64,000 bases of DNA from Nitrosopumilus sp. Lineage in GTDB: Archaea; Thermoproteota; Nitrososphaeria; Nitrososphaerales; Nitrosopumilaceae. A program made the position numbers and the translations under genes. Of this stretch, positions 60,052-64,000 are shown piece after piece (position 1 is the stretch's first letter; every line of letters starts with the position of its first letter). The notes beneath the pieces are model-generated. The model ran no database searches and was not told the DNA's origin. It saw only the letters and a program-made list of their open reading frames with translations. The stretch is from assembly GCA_965224195.1 (NCBI GenBank), contig OZ245040.1, forward strand, positions 512,001-576,000, in the 5' to 3' direction.

Positions 60052-61101
60052 TTATTTTCTACCAAATAATATGTTTGAAATACTATTGTATTTTTTCTTT
60101 AATTTAGCGTATTTCCATAAATAATCTAGAGAAGATGTTTTGTAAATTTCATTTAGATATTCCTCATATGCTTCTTGTCCTTTTTTGATTAGTTTTTTTG
60201 CTATTTTTATTTCATTTTTCATTACATGATCATTATGAATTGCTCTTGCTTTCCAGTCATCCCACAATGCATCTTGATTCATCCTACAAATTGGACAATC
60301 ACATTCTTGGAGTAATTTCATATCTTTTCTTTTTAATGAAACACCACCTCCAAATTTGGCGGTGTTATTCCCAACATATCTCTCAGCCGTACCTGGCAAT
60401 ACAATTTGACCAAATGCTGCTTTTCTTCTATATCCTGATGAATCTGTACTTTCTATTCCTAAATAATATCCTAAATGCAATGAAATTGGCGATGAACCTA
60501 AACCCATAATGTGAACATTGTAATCAGTATTTTTTTTTACACTTTCTACAGTATATGATAACATATCAATCAAATTTTTATTTGGTTGTCTATCTCCAAA
60601 AAATCCCGTATAGTTTGTAAATTCAGGATTAACAATACTTCCGACTGCCAAATAATCTGAATCTCCATATTTTTGAATCCATTTCAAATTTTTCATTAAT
60701 GATTTTTTATTCCAAGCATGAATTGAAGGGACTAGTTTTCCATCCAAATTTGTAGATGATTGCCAATATCGAATATTTTTTGCAGTGTCCTTCCATCTTT
60801 TTTGCATTGTTACCGCAGACATTCCATTTTTGAATGGATAGTCAAATGGAATTGTTTTATCAGGTTCTAATGTCTCTTGAATATCGATAATTTTTTCTAA
60901 ATCTAATTCCATATCTTGCATGTTTGCAGTATATGCGCCATTATCCAAAAATAATTCGCCCACCCTGTATGGTAGTTTTGGTTCATCTTTTCTGTAATAA
61001 TTAATAGCAGAATCCATGACGAAGTCTTTTCTGCGATCTGTTTTTACTGGGGCCTGTGGTTGCTCACCCATCCATAATAAGATCTCCTCCGTTCTGGACA
61101 T
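60052..61101 (-). CDS. TGT-family guanine transglycosylase (DpdA-like, no PUA domain)
   Basis: FLDNGAY, IPFDYP, VHIMGLG, STDSSGY, Zn motif CDCPIC..AIHN; 349 aa, catalytic barrel only. Confidence 0.88.
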   Translation of the reverse strand: MSRTEEILLWMGEQPQAPVKTDRRKDFVMDSAINYYRKDEPKLPYRVGELFLDNGAYTANMQDMELDLEKIIDIQETLEPDKTIPFDYPFKNGMSAVTMQKRWKDTAKNIRYWQSSTNLDGKLVPSIHAWNKKSLMKNLKWIQKYGDSDYLAVGSIVNPEFTNYTGFFGDRQPNKNLIDMLSYTVESVKKNTDYNVHIMGLGSSPISLHLGYYLGIESTDSSGYRRKAAFGQIVLPGTAERYVGNNTAKFGGGVSLKRKDMKLLQECDCPICRMNQDALWDDWKARAIHNDHVMKNEIKIAKKLIKKGQEAYEEYLNEIYKTSSLDYLWKYAKLKKKYNSISNILFGRK

Positions 61102-61129
61102 ACCAAAAAGGTATGAGTATCAGTATTTT

Positions 61130-62126
61130 TACTTTGTCGAACAAATAACAATCTGATCAACTTTATTTCATAACAATAGCTTTGGATCTCACATTCTGAC
61201 CATTCTCATGGTTAACTGGAATCAATACAATGAGAAACTAGTCAGAAGAGGCGAGATCATAATGTCATTTGATGCTATTGATAACTGGCATAAAGAATTA
61301 GAGGTCATGAATCACAACAAAAGAGGTAGAAAGTTTGACTATCCTGATTCATTCATGAAATTATTGGGTTATGCCAGAGTATATTTTGGATTACCATTCA
61401 GACAAACAGAAGGAATGATACGTGCATATTGTAATAGAATTCCAGCAGTTCCTGATTTCACATCAATCCACAAGAGAATAAACAAGCTTGACATCAAAAT
61501 TGATGATTCCATTGGAGATAATAATGAAATCATTTTAGCAATTGACAGCACAGGAATCAAGGTTGCAAACAGGGGCGAATGGATGAGACAGAAATGGCAC
61601 ATGAGGAGAGGGTTTCTAAAAATCCATGTTGGTGCCGATGCCAGAACCAAGAAAATAGTTTCACTCAAAATAACAGATGATTCATCCCATGATGCTGCAC
61701 ATCTGCCAGAACTGGTACAGCAGGCATCACAGAAAGGAAAGGAAATGTAATCAAGGTTCTAGCTGATGGCGCATATGATTCAGAAAATAATTTCTCATAT
61801 CTATATCACAATACAAATGCACTGCCTGCAATCAAAGTTAGAAAGACATCATCCATCAAAACAAAATGTTATCCGAGAAAGAAATCAGTCTTGGCTCAAA
61901 TGTATAATTTGGATTTGTGGAAGCGCAGCGTCAGCTATGGGGACAGGTGGATTGCAGAGTGTGTGTTTTCAACATTCAAAAGGATGCTTGGTGAGTATGT
62001 CATGGCTCACAAAAGAAAATACATGATAAAGGAATTGGAATTAAAAGTCGAGCTGTACAATCTGCTTGCAGGTGCTTGAGGGAATGAAATTAGAAACTAG
62101 TTAGAAATGATTTGTTCGACAGAGTA
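61130..62126 (+). mobile_element. IS5-family (ISH1-like) insertion sequence
   Basis: 17-bp TIRs TACT(T/C)TGTCGAACAAAT; 8-bp target duplication AGTATTTT at 61122-61129 and 62127-62134. Confidence 0.93.
61208..62079 (+). pseudogene. IS5 transposase, frameshifted by a short duplication near 61735
   Basis: IDSTGIK..KIH, then in another frame VLADGAYDS..RWIAECVFSTFKR. Confidence 0.85.
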
Positions 62127-62215
62127 AGTATTTTAACTTGAGGAAAATTCTCCATCATGTAATCATGTAAAATTTATTTTAAATTTTGATAAAATGTCAT
62201 TATCAAACAATGTAC

Positions 62216-62963
62216 TTAGGCCTCTTTTTGAGATTTTTGATTATCATATAGTTTATAGCTATAATCTAGAATGAATTTTCTGGGCTCTCTAAATGGGCCT
62301 CTAAATTTTACATCAATCACCTCTTTTTCTTCTTTTGTACTAGCACTCATTTCTAACACTCCATTTGCAAACCAAAGAAAATACTCTTCATCGTTTTTTT
62401 CCATGGTTCCTCTTCTCAAAAGATATAATGATTGAATTTTTCTTCTTTGTTCAAACCCCATATTATGGCGTAAGTATTGTGTTGCAATTTGAAAATCAGT
62501 AAATGCTAAAAAGTCAGATATTGCATCGTATGTTACTCGGATGCCATTACAACCTTTCTTTTCCAATTCACTCAATGCATTTTCATATTTTTTGTTAATT
62601 TCATGTGGATCGTATGAATTAGCATAGTGTAAATTGGATTCTTTCAATTTTTTGTTCCATGATTCTTTTTCAGAATCTAGAGAATAACAATCCACAAAAA
62701 TGATGTTATCAAAATTTATATTATTTTCTAAAATCTTTGTATTATTAGGATCCTCATTCTTCATTCGCTTCAGCTCTTCTTCCAACATGTCTTTGATTTC
62801 CCCAGCTGGTCGAGTAAATGTAAAATAAATTGCTCCTGATCCGTAGGATAATCCAGATAAAATAAATCTTAAAAGAATTTTCCAAGGCCGTGTTGTTTCA
62901 TCTGCTAAAATGATTATTGGAAAATAAATTTCCTTATCTTTCTTTGATAATTCTTGATTGATT
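62216..62963 (-). pseudogene. RecA/KaiC-fold ATPase-like domain protein, 5' part cut off by an IS
   Basis: Frame open up to the IS end: ..GAIYFTFTRP..IIFVDCYS..IRVTYDAISDF..FANGVLEM; no Walker A visible. Confidence 0.6.
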
Positions 62964-64000
62964 AGACCTCTTGCATAATTAGAAACAAAATACTATCTTT
63001 CATTCTTGACAGATTCTAATTTTATGGAATTGCCATGAATTCTTCTCCCCATTTTATCTTGAAATTAATAATTCCACAAACAATGTCACTTGTTCCATCA
63101 TATCTGCACAATCTATTCCTAAATGTTTCTGAATTGATTCTAAATTTCTTTATCCTGCTAATTGCATGTTCTACTTTTATTCTGATTTTACTTTGTAACT
63201 TGTTCCAATCCTTTTGAGATGCGGCCAACTCTTTTCCTTTTTTTCTCTTGTATGGTAAGATGCTAGTTTGTTTTGGGAAATCTTTCTCAACACCCAAATA
63301 TCCAAGATCATAAAAGACCATTAAATCTTCAGATAGAGCAGGATATTTTATTTTCAGTATTGCGTAATCGTTTCTTCGTCCAGGGGAGTGTGGAGGTTTG
63401 TGAATAATCTCACCATTCAGGTTAATCGTAATTTGATTTTTGATTGTATGTCTTTTCTTTTTGCCTGAATAGTGAGTTTTTCTCTTCTTCTTATTTTTTG
63501 GTCTTGGGATGGGCTGTTCTGTTCCATCAGTAATTGCAATCAGTTCAGGAAAGAATTCCTGCAGTTGCTGTATGTCGTTAATCTTTTTTGAATCAGCATA
63601 CAGTTTGACAGGAATTGGAATTACACATTTCACTGCAGACTCTATTTTTGCAATGTCTCTACACACTGTTGATGAATCAACTCTAAACAGATATTCCAGT
63701 AAATCATAGCTTGTATAGCAACGATAGTAAATTAGCAGCATCAGAATCCTATCCCTTGCTGAAAGTTTGAATGGTCTTCCAGCTCCAATGTTTCTTTTTC
63801 TGTCTCTTTTTGAGAGTCTTTTTCTCTCTGTAATCTTGTATTGTTTCTGTATCTCTTTTGTCAAAAAATCAAACTGTGTTGCAGTTATTCCTGTAAATCT
63901 CAAGAATTGTTTTGGTTTTCTTGCTAGTTTTGTATAATTTAGCATGAAATGAAATGGTTTGTACTTAGCTTTGGATCTTGCTGTGAATGAATTTGGATTG
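62964..64000 (-). mobile_element. IS5-family element related to the 24943-26010 copy (other end outside the window)
   Basis: End AGACCTCTTGCATAATTA resembles the TIR of the other copy. Confidence 0.85.
63022..63945 (-). CDS. IS5-family DDE transposase, apparently intact
   Basis: TDGTEQPIPRP, HYSGKKKRHT, YDLGYLG, RIKVEHAISRIKKF. Confidence 0.92.
   Translation of the reverse strand: MLNYTKLARKPKQFLRFTGITATQFDFLTKEIQKQYKITERKRLSKRDRKRNIGAGRPFKLSARDRILMLLIYYRCYTSYDLLEYLFRVDSSTVCRDIAKIESAVKCVIPIPVKLYADSKKINDIQQLQEFFPELIAITDGTEQPIPRPKNKKKRKTHYSGKKKRHTIKNQITINLNGEIIHKPPHSPGRRNDYAILKIKYPALSEDLMVFYDLGYLGVEKDFPKQTSILPYKRKKGKELAASQKDWNKLQSKIRIKVEHAISRIKKFRINSETFRNRLCRYDGTSDIVCGIINFKIKWGEEFMAIP

Noticed and set aside
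60052-61101. Housekeeping archaeosine tRNA-guanine transglycosylase
   Set aside because: Short, lacks the C-terminal RNA-binding domains, has LDNGAY instead of DSGG(F/Y), and sits in an accessory island; not formally excluded without phylogeny

Overview
AT-rich archaeal chromosome segment, most consistent with a Nitrosopumilaceae thaumarchaeote (archaeal-type AlaRS/LeuRS, PCNA fold, Cenarchaeum-style propeller/FN3 surface protein). Two housekeeping blocks (Lrp, aconitase, tRNA-Trp, pdxS/pdxT at about 6.9-13.1 kb; alaS-leuS at 38.3-43.8 kb) separate three accessory regions. Region 1 (0-6.8 kb) has a tyrosine integrase, two HicAB pairs, a membrane-anchored NucS-like nuclease and type I hsdS/hsdM without hsdR. 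Region 2 (about 13.9-38.3 kb) is a heavily decayed island with IS5 copies, TA modules, TIR and Mrr-like genes, a 1,700-aa repeat surface protein and a broken HTH-integrase. Region 3 (about 44.4-61.1 kb) is an intact island and the main discovery candidate: queE and queD, an AAA ATPase / unknown / SF2 helicase / DUF1998-like / PLD operon (DpdHJK- or DrmABC-like), and a convergent pair made of a TGT/DpdA-like transglycosylase and a divergent PCNA sliding clamp fused to a predicted winged-helix domain. This looks like an archaeal 7-deazaguanine DNA-modification defence system with its own clamp. All calls come from reading motifs by eye; no database searches were run.
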